Shown in pieces: positions 1 through 8,649 of a DNA stretch of 64,000 nt. Source of the DNA: Atribacterota bacterium. Its GTDB lineage: Bacteria; Atribacterota; Phoenicimicrobiia; Phoenicimicrobiales; Stramentimicrobiaceae. The stretch's first letter is position 1. The number at the start of each line of letters is the position of its first letter. The notes below the pieces were generated by a model that worked only from the letters and a program-made list of their open reading frames with translations, did no database searches and was not told the DNA's origin. Location of the stretch: contig JAXGNR010000010.1 of NCBI GenBank assembly GCA_040767965.1, forward strand, positions 1 through 64,000. Reading direction: 5' to 3'. Made by a program: the position numbers and the translations under genes.

Positions 1-207
1 ACAGTTAATGAGTTAACAAAATTAATGAAATCATTGGGTTACATAGAATATAAAAAAGGGAAGACATCTGGTTCAAGGATTGGGTTTTACCATCAGAAAA
101 AGAAAACAATGCTTAACTTGCACAAGCCTCATCCCGGCAATGAGTTAAAGATATATTAGATAAAAGAAGTCATTAAATTCTTAAAAAGAACAGGTGAAAT
201 CAGATGA
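1..207 (+). pseudogene. hicA: HicA-family toxin, 5'-partial, with in-frame TAG at 157-159
   Basis: Frame 1 reads TVNELTKLMKSLGY...GKTSGSRIGF...LHKPHPGNELKIY*IKEVIKFLKRTGEIR*. GSR and HKPHP are HicA motifs, and the final TGA overlaps the hicB ATG (ATGA, 204-207). Confidence 0.8.
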
Positions 208-551
208 AAAACCTAATGGAATATAAAGATTATTTTGCCAAAATTGAATATAGCAGCGAAGATGATATTTTCTTCGGATCAATTATAGGAATTGATGACA
301 GTATTACCTTTGAAGGAAAGAGCATATCAGAACTTAAAAATTCATTCCATGAAGCAGTAGATGACTATCTGGAAATGTGTCAAAAAATTGGCGAAGAGCC
401 TCAAAAATATTATAAAGGAAGTTTTAATGTCAGAATATCGCCGGAAATCCATAGAAGGGCAGATCTGTTAGCGAAATCAAAAAAGATATCTCTTAATAAG
501 TTTGTGGAAAATGCAATTAATGAAAAAACAAAACAAGAGACTACCTTTTGA
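204..551 (+). CDS. hicB: HicB-family antitoxin
   Basis: MEYKDY..IEYS..D.IF.G...GI.D.ITFEG, AVDDYL and YKGSFNVRISPEIHR; directly downstream of hicA. Confidence 0.9.
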   Translation: MKNLMEYKDYFAKIEYSSEDDIFFGSIIGIDDSITFEGKSISELKNSFHEAVDDYLEMCQKIGEEPQKYYKGSFNVRISPEIHRRADLLAKSKKISLNKFVENAINEKTKQETTF

Positions 552-605
552 TTCGATAAAACACAGGAAAAAAGGTGTTACAAAATGAACAGGAATGATA
601 CAGGG

Positions 606-931
606 GACAGTTCTTTGTTTGACAGTTTTTCTCTGTTATATAAAATATTTTTGTCAATTATCTAATTTCAATATGAGTTCCTATACCAAAAATTCCCTCA
701 TTAAAAGGAGTACCAATATCTACCACATCATAACCAGAGGCACCAACCAACAAAATATCTTCTCCTCTAATGATTTTTACTAAAAACTTTTCTTTCAAAA
801 AGAAAGATTTTATAACCTTTTTATGGTATTAATATTAAGATGCAGAAAATTTGGAAACGTTTATTGCTTTAAACGCTGCCGGTGATTCAATAAGGTTAAT
901 ATATATATTTTATACGTGAAAAAGAACCGTC
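606..931 (+). mobile_element. Remnant of a Y1/REP-associated tyrosine transposase (RAYT-like) between short inverted repeats
   Basis: STNIYHIITRGTNQQNIF resembles the RAYT N-terminus and stops at 781-783. GACAGTTCTT (606-615) and AAGAACCGTC (922-931) form a 9/10 inverted pair. Confidence 0.55.
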
Positions 932-1038
932 AACCTCAACTAACACATTCTACAATAAGCAAAGAGTTTTAAGGAATCAAGAGAGAATATGAAAAATTAT
1001 ATTGCAAAATCTGACCACATAATTTCATTTAATAAATT

Positions 1039-1974
1039 ATGACAGAAAATCTTAAGATCGGTAACCTGCACTTAAAATATAGGACTATACTAGCCCCTAT
1101 GGCATCACTTACTGATATTGTTTTCAGAAGGGTCGTTGATGAGATTGGTGGAGTAGGACTAATGGTAACTGAAGTAATCTCTACGGAAGGGCTCAGAAGA
1201 AAACAGAAGAAAACCTTATCCATGATCAGGTCATTCGATTTTAAAACTCCGCAGTTTATCCAACTTTTTGGAAGTGAACCAGGGCAATTCATAGATGCGG
1301 TAAAATACATTGAAGAGGAAACTGATTTTTCCGGGATCGATATAAATATGGGGTGTCCGGTACGGAAGATTATAAAAAGAGGCAGGTGCAGCTTTACTCA
1401 AAGATCCAAAAAAATTGGAGAGATCTGCGAAAAGGTCAGGAAAATAACCAGCATCCCTTTCACGGTAAAAATAAGGCTTGGATTTGAACAGGAAAATATA
1501 TTCGAGATATTAAAAATACTTGAGAATGAGGGGGTTGATGCTGTTACTGTTCATTTCAAACTGAAAACAGACAAGTATGGTACTAAAGCAAGGTGGGAAT
1601 ATGCCAATAGAATTAAAGAGCGGTCAGGTTTAAAGATTATCGGAAACGGGAATATTTTAAACCGGGATGAAGCACTCGAAAGGTTAAATATAGTAGATGG
1701 AATAATGATTGGCAGGGGAGCAATAAATAATCCGTTTATATTTGTCGAAATGCAGGATGAAGTGCCCAGTCCGGAATATAAAAAGATGATCAATGAAAGG
1801 ATAGTGGCACTTGTGGAAGAATATTACCCGCCTGAATTAAGACTTCTCAGGATAAAGGCTTTCACAAAATATCTTGCTTTTGGGAGACCTTATGTAAAAG
1901 AAATAAAAAATAAGATCTATACATCGAAAACTTTCGATGATGCCAAACAATTTTTCAGGGCATTAGATTTTTAA
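1039..1974 (+). CDS. tRNA-dihydrouridine synthase (Dus family)
   Basis: LAPMA, QLFGS, IDINMGCP, TVKIRLG, GNG and MIGRG motifs; short compensated frameshift near 1381-1415. Confidence 0.9.
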   Translation: MTENLKIGNLHLKYRTILAPMASLTDIVFRRVVDEIGGVGLMVTEVISTEGLRRKQKKTLSMIRSFDFKTPQFIQLFGSEPGQFIDAVKYIEEETDFSGIDINMGCPVRKIIKRGRCSFTQRSKKIGEICEKVRKITSIPFTVKIRLGFEQENIFEILKILENEGVDAVTVHFKLKTDKYGTKARWEYANRIKERSGLKIIGNGNILNRDEALERLNIVDGIMIGRGAINNPFIFVEMQDEVPSPEYKKMINERIVALVEEYYPPELRLLRIKAFTKYLAFGRPYVKEIKNKIYTSKTFDDAKQFFRALDF

Positions 1975-2151
1975 TAAAAATTAAAAAAAGTAGACGGTTG
2001 TTCATACTCAGCATAAAACAAAGGAAAAGTTCTCTGATTGAAATGTGTTTATTTTCTTATTTGGTAATCATCACTTTTTTTGCTAATATAATACCAAAAT
2101 GCAGAATCAAGTAGAATATTCTAATTAGAACAAAGCAGGATAACTGATTAA

Positions 2152-2280
2152 GCTGTTTATGGTATTGATTCGGGTCGACAAATGACTGCTCTTTATACTA
2201 TCAAAAAAGATGCAGTGGCACAATTTGACCTGCATATTGCTGAATTGTTTGTTCAGATGATTGGAAACAAGGAGGATTAA
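2152..2280 (+). pseudogene. C-terminal remnant of an HD-GYP/HD-domain gene
   Basis: Startless frame ...TIKKDAVAQFDLHIAELFVQMIGNKED* resembles the HD-GYP 'AGTQFDP..V..F' tail; it contains the RBS of the next gene. Confidence 0.4.
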
Positions 2281-2283
2281 AAT

Positions 2284-3267
2284 TTGGAATATACGAATTT
2301 TTCGAGAGAACAGCTTTTAGATAGAATAAAAAGCCTTGAGATGTTGACTCTGGAGATATTAAAAGAAAAAGAGCAGGAAATCAGGCTCGAGTACTCCTGG
2401 ACAGGTAATCTCGGGCATTGGTATTGGGAAATCAAGACCAATGAGGTGACTTTTAATCCGCTGAAAATAATTACTCTGGGTTATGATAAAAGTGAGATAC
2501 CCGAGCATGTTACTTATCAGTTTTTTACAGATAAGCTACATCCGGAGGATTTTCAAAAAACTATGAATGCAATGCGCGATCACCTGGATGGCAAAGTTGA
2601 TGTATACGAGGCAGAATACCGTATAAAGGCAAAAGACGGAACATTCAAATGGTATTATGATCGCGGGAAAATAACGCAATATGATGATAACGGTAAGCCT
2701 CTATTTCTTGCGGGCATCGTGTTTGACATCACTGAAAAGAAAGAAATACAGCTGGAGCTGGAACATAAAAACAGGATTCTTTCTGAGATGTCGTCAACTG
2801 ACGGGTTGACAAAAATCGGTAATCACAGAACATTAATAGAGCATCTTAAGGTAGAGTTAGCAGAAGCAAACCGGACAGGCAGCCCTTTATCTATTGCTAT
2901 CTTTGACATTGATGATTTCAAAAAAGTGAACGACAATAAGGGTCATGTCTATGGTGACCAGGTGCTTGTTGATGTTGCTTCCATTTTGAAAAGTAGCATC
3001 AGAGGAACTGACCTTGCGGGAAGATATGGTGGTGAAGAATTCATGGTAATATTTCCAAACACCACTCTTTCGGTGGCAAAAAAAATATCTGAACGTATCA
3101 GACAAACTATTGAGAACTATAAATTTATTGACGGATTGGTGATAACCATCAGCGGTGGGGTCAATCAGTACAATAATGAAACCATTAGCGAGCTTGTTCA
3201 TTCGGCGGATATGAATCTCTATAGAGCAAAAAGAAACGGAAAAAATCAAATATTGTCTGATCTGTAG
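2284..3267 (+). CDS. PAS-GGDEF diguanylate cyclase
   Basis: PAS_3 (LHPED...EYRI...W), intact GGEEF, RxxD I-site (RGTD); AAGGAGG RBS before the TTG start. Confidence 0.9.
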   Translation: MEYTNFSREQLLDRIKSLEMLTLEILKEKEQEIRLEYSWTGNLGHWYWEIKTNEVTFNPLKIITLGYDKSEIPEHVTYQFFTDKLHPEDFQKTMNAMRDHLDGKVDVYEAEYRIKAKDGTFKWYYDRGKITQYDDNGKPLFLAGIVFDITEKKEIQLELEHKNRILSEMSSTDGLTKIGNHRTLIEHLKVELAEANRTGSPLSIAIFDIDDFKKVNDNKGHVYGDQVLVDVASILKSSIRGTDLAGRYGGEEFMVIFPNTTLSVAKKISERIRQTIENYKFIDGLVITISGGVNQYNNETISELVHSADMNLYRAKRNGKNQILSDL

Positions 3268-3295
3268 TAATTATAGTAAATTCATTACCCGGTAA

Positions 3296-3530
3296 TTAAT
3301 ACTCTTTATCAAAGCTATTTCTTTTACAAAAACTGATTGCATTAATATTTTCTTTTAAAATATCCACTTATATTTTTTCCATATTTCTGGACAAAGATTC
3401 TTCAATTGCTGTTTTAGCAGTTTTTCTCCAATAGTTTTTTTCTGCATTTTTCATGAACAACACCCTTTGACATTTGCTGTTAAGCAATGAGAAGTGGATT
3501 TTACACAGCCTAACGTTCCTTTGACAATAA
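3296..3530 (-). pseudogene. Degraded GNAT acetyltransferase
   Basis: Joined minus-strand frames give VVHEKCRKK/TIGEKLLK/TAIEESLSRNMEKI*VDILKENINAISFCKRNSF, matching GNAT motif A and the N..A..FY...GF motif. Confidence 0.55.
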
Positions 3531-3544
3531 ATATATGAATATTA

Positions 3545-3583
3545 AAAGTCCAGACTGTTTTTTCAACAAACAGTCTGGACTTT
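3545..3583 (-). terminator. Intrinsic terminator of the peroxiredoxin gene
   Basis: 16-bp perfect inverted repeat AAAGTCCAGACTGTTT / AAACAGTCTGGACTTT. Confidence 0.8.
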
Positions 3584-3630
3584 CTCAGACAATTAATAAT
3601 TAAAATTTGATTTTAGCTATTAAAAATCAA

Positions 3631-4224
3631 TTACTCTTTATGTGGGTTCCATTCTTTCCAGACATTTCCTGCCAGTTCTGGTGAAGGCTTGAGTGTAGTC
3701 CCTCCTTCTTTCCATCCTGAAGGCATAACTTCACCTGTTTTTTGGTGATGCTGGTAAGCTTTGATCTGACGCATAAGTTCTTCGGGATTTCTTCCAACTG
3801 GAGGGCTTAAGATTTCGGCAGCCTGGATAATACCTTCAGGATCAATCAAAAATCTTCCTCGAACATTTGTTCCTGTAGCTTCATCATAGACATCATAAAG
3901 GCTTCCAATGGCTCCTCCCTGGTCTGAGACCATTGGGAATGGGACATCATTGCCAACCATTTTACTGAGCTCGGTTTCGTTCCATATTTTGTGTGACCAT
4001 ACACTGTCTGTGCTTACTGAAAGTACCTCTACGTTTAATGCTTGAAGTTTATCATAGCTCACGGCTATGTGTGAAATTTCGGTTGGTCAGACAAAGGTAA
4101 AGTCTCCTGGATAAAAACATAAAACAACCCATTTGCCACGATAATCTTCTAGTGAAACTTTTTTAACTTTCCCCTGGTGAAAAGCTTTACCAGAGAAATT
4201 TGGTGCTTGTTTAGTAACTAACAT
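3631..4224 (-). CDS. prxU: Selenocysteine-containing AhpC/Prx1-type peroxiredoxin, 197 aa, Sec at codon 46
   Basis: ATG at 4224 with an AAAGGAG RBS. Reads MLVTKQAPNF...CFYPGDFTFV-TGA-PTEI; the TGA (4089-4087) is at the peroxidatic Cys position and in frame with ORF 3631..4062. Confidence 0.92.
4053..4069 (-). promoter_or_regulatory. Putative bacterial SECIS hairpin
   Basis: mRNA CAUAGC-CGUGA-GCUAUG, starting 17 nt 3' of the UGA, with a G-containing apical loop. Confidence 0.65.
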
Positions 4225-4296
4225 TTATATTGGCTCCTTTCATATAAAATATTAAATAGTAACAATTACAATTTAACATTAATAAATATTAAAGTC

Positions 4297-4349
4297 AATA
4301 ATGAAGATTAATTCATTATTATTAAATGACTTTTAATATTTTAGTCATT
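4297..4349. promoter_or_regulatory. Palindromic operator candidates in the prxU/grx divergent promoter region
   Basis: AATAATGAA-N6-TTCATTATT (4297-4320) abuts the minus-strand TTGACT -35. A second repeat, AATGACT...AGTCATT, lies at about 4325-4349. Confidence 0.4.
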
Positions 4350-4482
4350 CCCAGGGAAAAGTAGAATTAATCGTTACTCTTTCAGGTTATAGATCGTTTG
4401 CTTTTTGTTTTTATATTAGTTTAGAGCTTTGTGTTATAATATAAAATATTTTATATTTAAATAAAAACAGGAGGAGATAATT

Positions 4483-4725
4483 ATGAAAATACAAATGTAT
4501 GGCCTTACGACCTGCCCTCATTGTAAAAATGCAATGAGATTTTTAGAATCTGCAGGAGTGGACTTTGATATAACCTGGCTTGATGAACTTCCAGAAGAAG
4601 AAAGAAAAGAAACAATGCAATATATGAAAAGTATTTCTGAAAGTTATTCTGTTCCCTTGATTATAAAAGGTGACAAATGGGTTTTAGGTTACAATAAAGA
4701 AAGCTTAGAGGAATTAATAAAATGA
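4483..4725 (+). CDS. Glutaredoxin-like protein (NrdH/Grx family)
   Basis: CPHC active site, SVP cis-Pro motif, strong AGGAGG RBS. Confidence 0.9.
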   Translation: MKIQMYGLTTCPHCKNAMRFLESAGVDFDITWLDELPEEERKETMQYMKSISESYSVPLIIKGDKWVLGYNKESLEELIK

Positions 4726-5048
4726 AATCAGAAGAATACCTACCTATATTTGAAAGAGTATCAGAAAAAAAAGGATGGAAAACAAGCCCTGATGAAGAAC
4801 TTTTATTGTCCTTTGCAGAAGGCTTGATAAAAAATAAAGAAAGATATGGAATTCCTTTATGTCCTTGCCGAATGGCAACTGGCAAAAAAGAAATAGACAG
4901 ACTGATTATTTGCCCTTGTGTTTATGCTGCAGAAGATATTCAAAATTACAACAGATGCTTTTGCGGGCTATACCTGAGTCAGAATTATCAGGAAGAAGAT
5001 ATTTACAAACCTGTTCCAGATCAGCATTTTAAGTATTATATGGAGTAG
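4722..5048 (+). CDS. Ferredoxin:thioredoxin reductase catalytic-subunit homolog
   Basis: CPCR, CPC and CFCGLY motifs; overlaps the grx stop codon. Confidence 0.9.
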   Translation: MKSEEYLPIFERVSEKKGWKTSPDEELLLSFAEGLIKNKERYGIPLCPCRMATGKKEIDRLIICPCVYAAEDIQNYNRCFCGLYLSQNYQEEDIYKPVPDQHFKYYME

Positions 5049-5185
5049 CTTCATTGTATATATGATTTGAAAAAATGGAAAATATTTTTTTAAACACTAA
5101 ATATATACATACAGATAAGTATAAGCAATCTATTATTTATTTTAATAGAAAAAATTAAAAAAAATAATAAGAGAATGACTGATGA

Positions 5186-5578
5186 ATGATGAAAAAAAGT
5201 AAAAAATTGTCTATGAATATTGACGAATATATAGCTGATTATTCTCCTGAAGTGCGAATAATTTTGCAACAAATAAGAAATACAATCAGGAAAGTTGCTC
5301 CTGACGCAGTAGAAACTATTAAATACCAGATGCCTACTTTTGTTCTACATGAAAATCTGGTACATTTTGCAGCACACAAAAAACATATAGGATTTTATCC
5401 AACACCTTCAGGGATAGAGAAATTTAAAGATGAAATTGCTGTATATAAACACGCAAAAGGTTCGGTGCAGTTTCCTATTGATAAACCCATACCTTTGAAA
5501 TTAATTGAAAAGGTTGTAGCTTTTCGAGTAAAAGAAGTAGAAAAGAAAGCTACAACCAAAGACAAAAAGAAAAATTAA
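5186..5578 (+). CDS. DUF1801/YdhG-like protein
   Basis: IDEYI...L..IR..I...AP.A.E.IKYQMPTF, HIGFYP and KGSVQFP. Confidence 0.85.
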   Translation: MMKKSKKLSMNIDEYIADYSPEVRIILQQIRNTIRKVAPDAVETIKYQMPTFVLHENLVHFAAHKKHIGFYPTPSGIEKFKDEIAVYKHAKGSVQFPIDKPIPLKLIEKVVAFRVKEVEKKATTKDKKKN

Positions 5579-5641
5579 TAAAAATAATTTTAATTGCTCA
5601 TTATAAATTTTGATGTATTGACTTTGTTTAAAGGGACAAAC

Positions 5642-6037
5642 TTATACAATTTCAATTTCTACATGTTCATTTTTTTCTTCATCATAAACATCACAAATCT
5701 TCCCGGAGAATTCCGGATCATTCATAGCATTATTAAGCTCTTCCATATCGAAGGGAATTTCCTCTCCTCCAATTTTAACTGTATCTTTCCCCATTTTATT
5801 AGCGATATTTACTCCCCACTTCACCAGACTGAAGGGTACTTTTATATTTACTTTTGGTTTACCATCTTTAGTCACATTAATTTTAAAAAATCTTTTTTGT
5901 TTACCAATAATTGGTTTTGTTTGCTCAATTCCGTCTTTTTCTGTTGATTTAAGAGCTTCAATAAGACCAACTGCTTCTTCATTAGTAATTTTCCCTTCTT
6001 TTAACATATCCAGGACTTGTTTAATTTCTTCTTTCAT
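5642..6037 (-). CDS. SHOCT-like domain protein, partner of DUF2089
   Basis: EEI..VL.ML.EGKIT.EEA..LIEAL N-terminus and KVNIKVP motif. Confidence 0.7.
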   Translation of the reverse strand: MKEEIKQVLDMLKEGKITNEEAVGLIEALKSTEKDGIEQTKPIIGKQKRFFKINVTKDGKPKVNIKVPFSLVKWGVNIANKMGKDTVKIGGEEIPFDMEELNNAMNDPEFSGKICDVYDEEKNEHVEIEIV

Positions 6038-6067
6038 TTTTTATCTCCTTAAATTTTTTAAAATTAA

Positions 6068-6427
6068 TTATATTTCTTTTAATAAGTTAATAGCTTCTTC
6101 TGCTGATATTTCTCCATTATCAAGGCTATTGATAATTTCACTTCGGCTTAAACCTTTAATTTCATTTGACAGGTCTAAGGCAATTAACAGTTTATCCAAT
6201 TTATTTTTTACAGTAGGATAGGAAATTCCCATTCTCTCTTGAACCTCTTTTATATTTCCACGAGAACGAAGAAAGATCATTAAAAATTCCCGGTCTTCTT
6301 CTGAAAGGGAGATGAGTTTATTTATGGGAAAACTTCCTTGTACGATTGTATTGCATTTGATGCATTTTAGTTCTGTAATATTCATTCTGGTATTACATGC
6401 TGGACAATTGGTAGGAATGTTAGGCAA
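6068..6427 (-). CDS. DUF2089 family protein (zinc ribbon plus HTH)
   Basis: CPAC...CIKC and GNIKEV...GISYPTVKNKLD. Confidence 0.85.
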   Translation of the reverse strand: MPNIPTNCPACNTRMNITELKCIKCNTIVQGSFPINKLISLSEEDREFLMIFLRSRGNIKEVQERMGISYPTVKNKLDKLLIALDLSNEIKGLSRSEIINSLDNGEISAEEAINLLKEI

Positions 6428-6744
6428 AATAAATACCTCCTCTTTTAATTTTTTTATAATTATAATTTATATTATAAAGTATTACATTAATAATTATATT
6501 ATATTAATTAATAATGTCAAATATATTATTAATTATATTAAAATATATATAATAAATATTAATAATATAATGAAAAAGGCATCGGTTACCTTAAAATATT
6601 TTTTACCTTGCTTGAGAGTCTGAGAGATAGAAAAATAATAGAAGGAAATTAAATTAATACCAATTTAGGTTTTTTAAATAAAAGATTTAATAATTTTCCA
6701 AAAAATAAAATTATTAATATGCATTTTGAGCAATAGTTTAATTC

Positions 6745-6808
6745 TTGACATAGATATTACAATGATATAACATGATATAAAATGATTTATATAAAAAAAT
6801 ATAACATT
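6745..6808 (+). promoter_or_regulatory. Sigma70 promoter and DeoR-type operator of the catabolic operon
   Basis: TTGACA (6745-6750), 17 bp, TAACAT. 10-bp-phased ATGAT repeats at 6762, 6772 and 6782. AATATAACATT (6798-6808) is shared with the deoR promoter. Confidence 0.6.
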
Positions 6809-6824
6809 AAAAAGAAGGAACATA

Positions 6825-7610
6825 ATGGTAAATTCTTTAGAAATATTTAGTTTGACGGGTAAGATTGCGTTGGTGACTGGAGGGGGTTCAGGCCTTGGAC
6901 AATCTAATGCAATTGCTTTAGCAAAAGCTGGAGCCTCACTAATGATAGCAGATATTGATTTTCAAAAAGCTGAAGAAACCAGAAAAAAGATATCAGAAAT
7001 CAGCAAAAATGTATTTAGCTTTAAATGTGATGTAAGCTCTGTACAAGAAGTAAAAGAATTGGTTGACGAAACAATTAATAAATTTAATAAGATAGATATA
7101 TTATTAAACAGTGCAGGAGTAATCCCTGAACAAGAATCAATTCTGGAAATGAGCGAAAGAAATTGGGATAAAGTGATGGATATTAACCTAAAAGGCACTT
7201 TTCTCACCTGTCAGGCAGTGCTAAAAAAAATGATTCCAAGAAGAAAAGGTAGAATTATAAATATGGCTTCAGCTTCAGGATTAGTTGTCAATTATAAAAG
7301 CCCACATGTCGCTCCATATTGCGCTTCAAAGGCAGGAGTGATCCATTTAACTAAAGCTTTAGCAGTGGAAGCAGCCCCTTATGAAATTACTGTGAATGCT
7401 ATTAGTCCTGCATATATGAAAACTCAGATGACAGAAGTAAAATGGCAAAAAGATAAAGAAGATTACTATAGAAAGATATCTATGTTGCCATTAGGAAGAG
7501 CAGGTCTACCGGAAGAGCTAAGTGGCCTAATTGTTTATTTGGCTTCTGATAACTCTGCTTTTATGACTGGTTCAAATATTGTGATTGATGGAGGATTAAC
7601 TTGTTGGTAA
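6825..7610 (+). CDS. Short-chain dehydrogenase/reductase (KduD/gluconate-5-dehydrogenase-like)
   Basis: TGGGSGLG, LNSAG, YCASK and IDGG motifs. Confidence 0.85.
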   Translation: MVNSLEIFSLTGKIALVTGGGSGLGQSNAIALAKAGASLMIADIDFQKAEETRKKISEISKNVFSFKCDVSSVQEVKELVDETINKFNKIDILLNSAGVIPEQESILEMSERNWDKVMDINLKGTFLTCQAVLKKMIPRRKGRIINMASASGLVVNYKSPHVAPYCASKAGVIHLTKALAVEAAPYEITVNAISPAYMKTQMTEVKWQKDKEDYYRKISMLPLGRAGLPEELSGLIVYLASDNSAFMTGSNIVIDGGLTCW

Positions 7611-7647
7611 ATGTTTGATAATTATTTGATAGGAGGAAAAACATTTA

Positions 7648-8601
7648 ATGGAATATAGTAACGATTTTTTACAAAATATGTACATTAATTTAATGAAAGC
7701 AAGAATGTTAGAAGAAAAAATTGTTGAATTGTATCATGAAGGTAAAGTGCCTGGTTCAGTTCATTCAGGAGTTGGTGAAGAAGCTACTTTTGTTGGAGGT
7801 TGTTTGGCTCTAAGAAAAGACGATTATATGATGACTACACATAGAGCTGTCTGTGCCAATTGGATTAAAGGGATCGAAATTAAAAAAATATTTTGTGATT
7901 TATTTGGCAAGAGGGAAGGAACTAATCATGGTAAAGGAGCTGCCATTCGCATTTGCAGTCAAGAAGTGTTAGGAATGAGCGGTACCCAAGGAGGAGTTTT
8001 TGTAATTGCTACAGGAGCAGCACTATCTTTAAAAATGTTAAACAAAAAAAATGTTGTTCTAGCTTTTTTTGGTGATGATACATCTAATAGAGGTACCTTT
8101 CATGAATCGTTGAATCTAGCCTCCCTTTGGAAGTTACCGGTAATATTTTTATGTGATAATAACCAATATGGTATTTCTATTAATATTAAAAAATCTACTT
8201 CTGTAGAGAATATAGCTGATCGTGCTATAGCTTATAATATACCATCTAAAATTGTTGATGGTAATTCCATCATCGAAGTATATGAAGCAACAAAAAATGC
8301 TATTGATTATGCCTTATCTGGTAATGGACCATATCTAATAGAGGCTAAAACATATAGATGTAGAGGCCATATGGAAGGAGACCAGTGTTCATATCGAACA
8401 AAAAAAGAGGAAAATGAATGGCTGGAAAAATGCCCGGTTAAAAGATTTGAAAAAGAATTGCTTGAAAAAGATGTTATTACAGATGAATGGATTAATGTTG
8501 AAAAACAGAAAATTAAAAAAGTAATTGAAGATGCTATTATTTTTGCTGAGAATAGTGAAGAGCCCAGCGAAGAAGATCTGTTTAAAGATATTTATGTATA
8601 A
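7648..8601 (+). CDS. TPP-dependent dehydrogenase E1 alpha subunit (AcoA/PdhA-like)
   Basis: HSGVGEEA, THR, GDD...N TPP motif (GDG variant) and TYRCRGH. Confidence 0.9.
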   Translation: MEYSNDFLQNMYINLMKARMLEEKIVELYHEGKVPGSVHSGVGEEATFVGGCLALRKDDYMMTTHRAVCANWIKGIEIKKIFCDLFGKREGTNHGKGAAIRICSQEVLGMSGTQGGVFVIATGAALSLKMLNKKNVVLAFFGDDTSNRGTFHESLNLASLWKLPVIFLCDNNQYGISINIKKSTSVENIADRAIAYNIPSKIVDGNSIIEVYEATKNAIDYALSGNGPYLIEAKTYRCRGHMEGDQCSYRTKKEENEWLEKCPVKRFEKELLEKDVITDEWINVEKQKIKKVIEDAIIFAENSEEPSEEDLFKDIYV

Positions 8602-8649
8602 TATTCCAAATTATTATATCAATAAAAAATAAATGGCAGAGGGGAAATT

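Noticed and set aside
3360-3530. Minus-strand frame reading GCCS-TGA-KMQ as a second selenoprotein
   Set aside because: No start or RBS; the bases are better explained as a frameshifted GNAT remnant.
6430-6600. Extremely AT-rich quasi-repeats (also 18790-19140 and 45930-46260) as an origin or repeat array
   Set aside because: Low-complexity intergenic DNA with no DnaA-box cluster or repeat-spacer periodicity.
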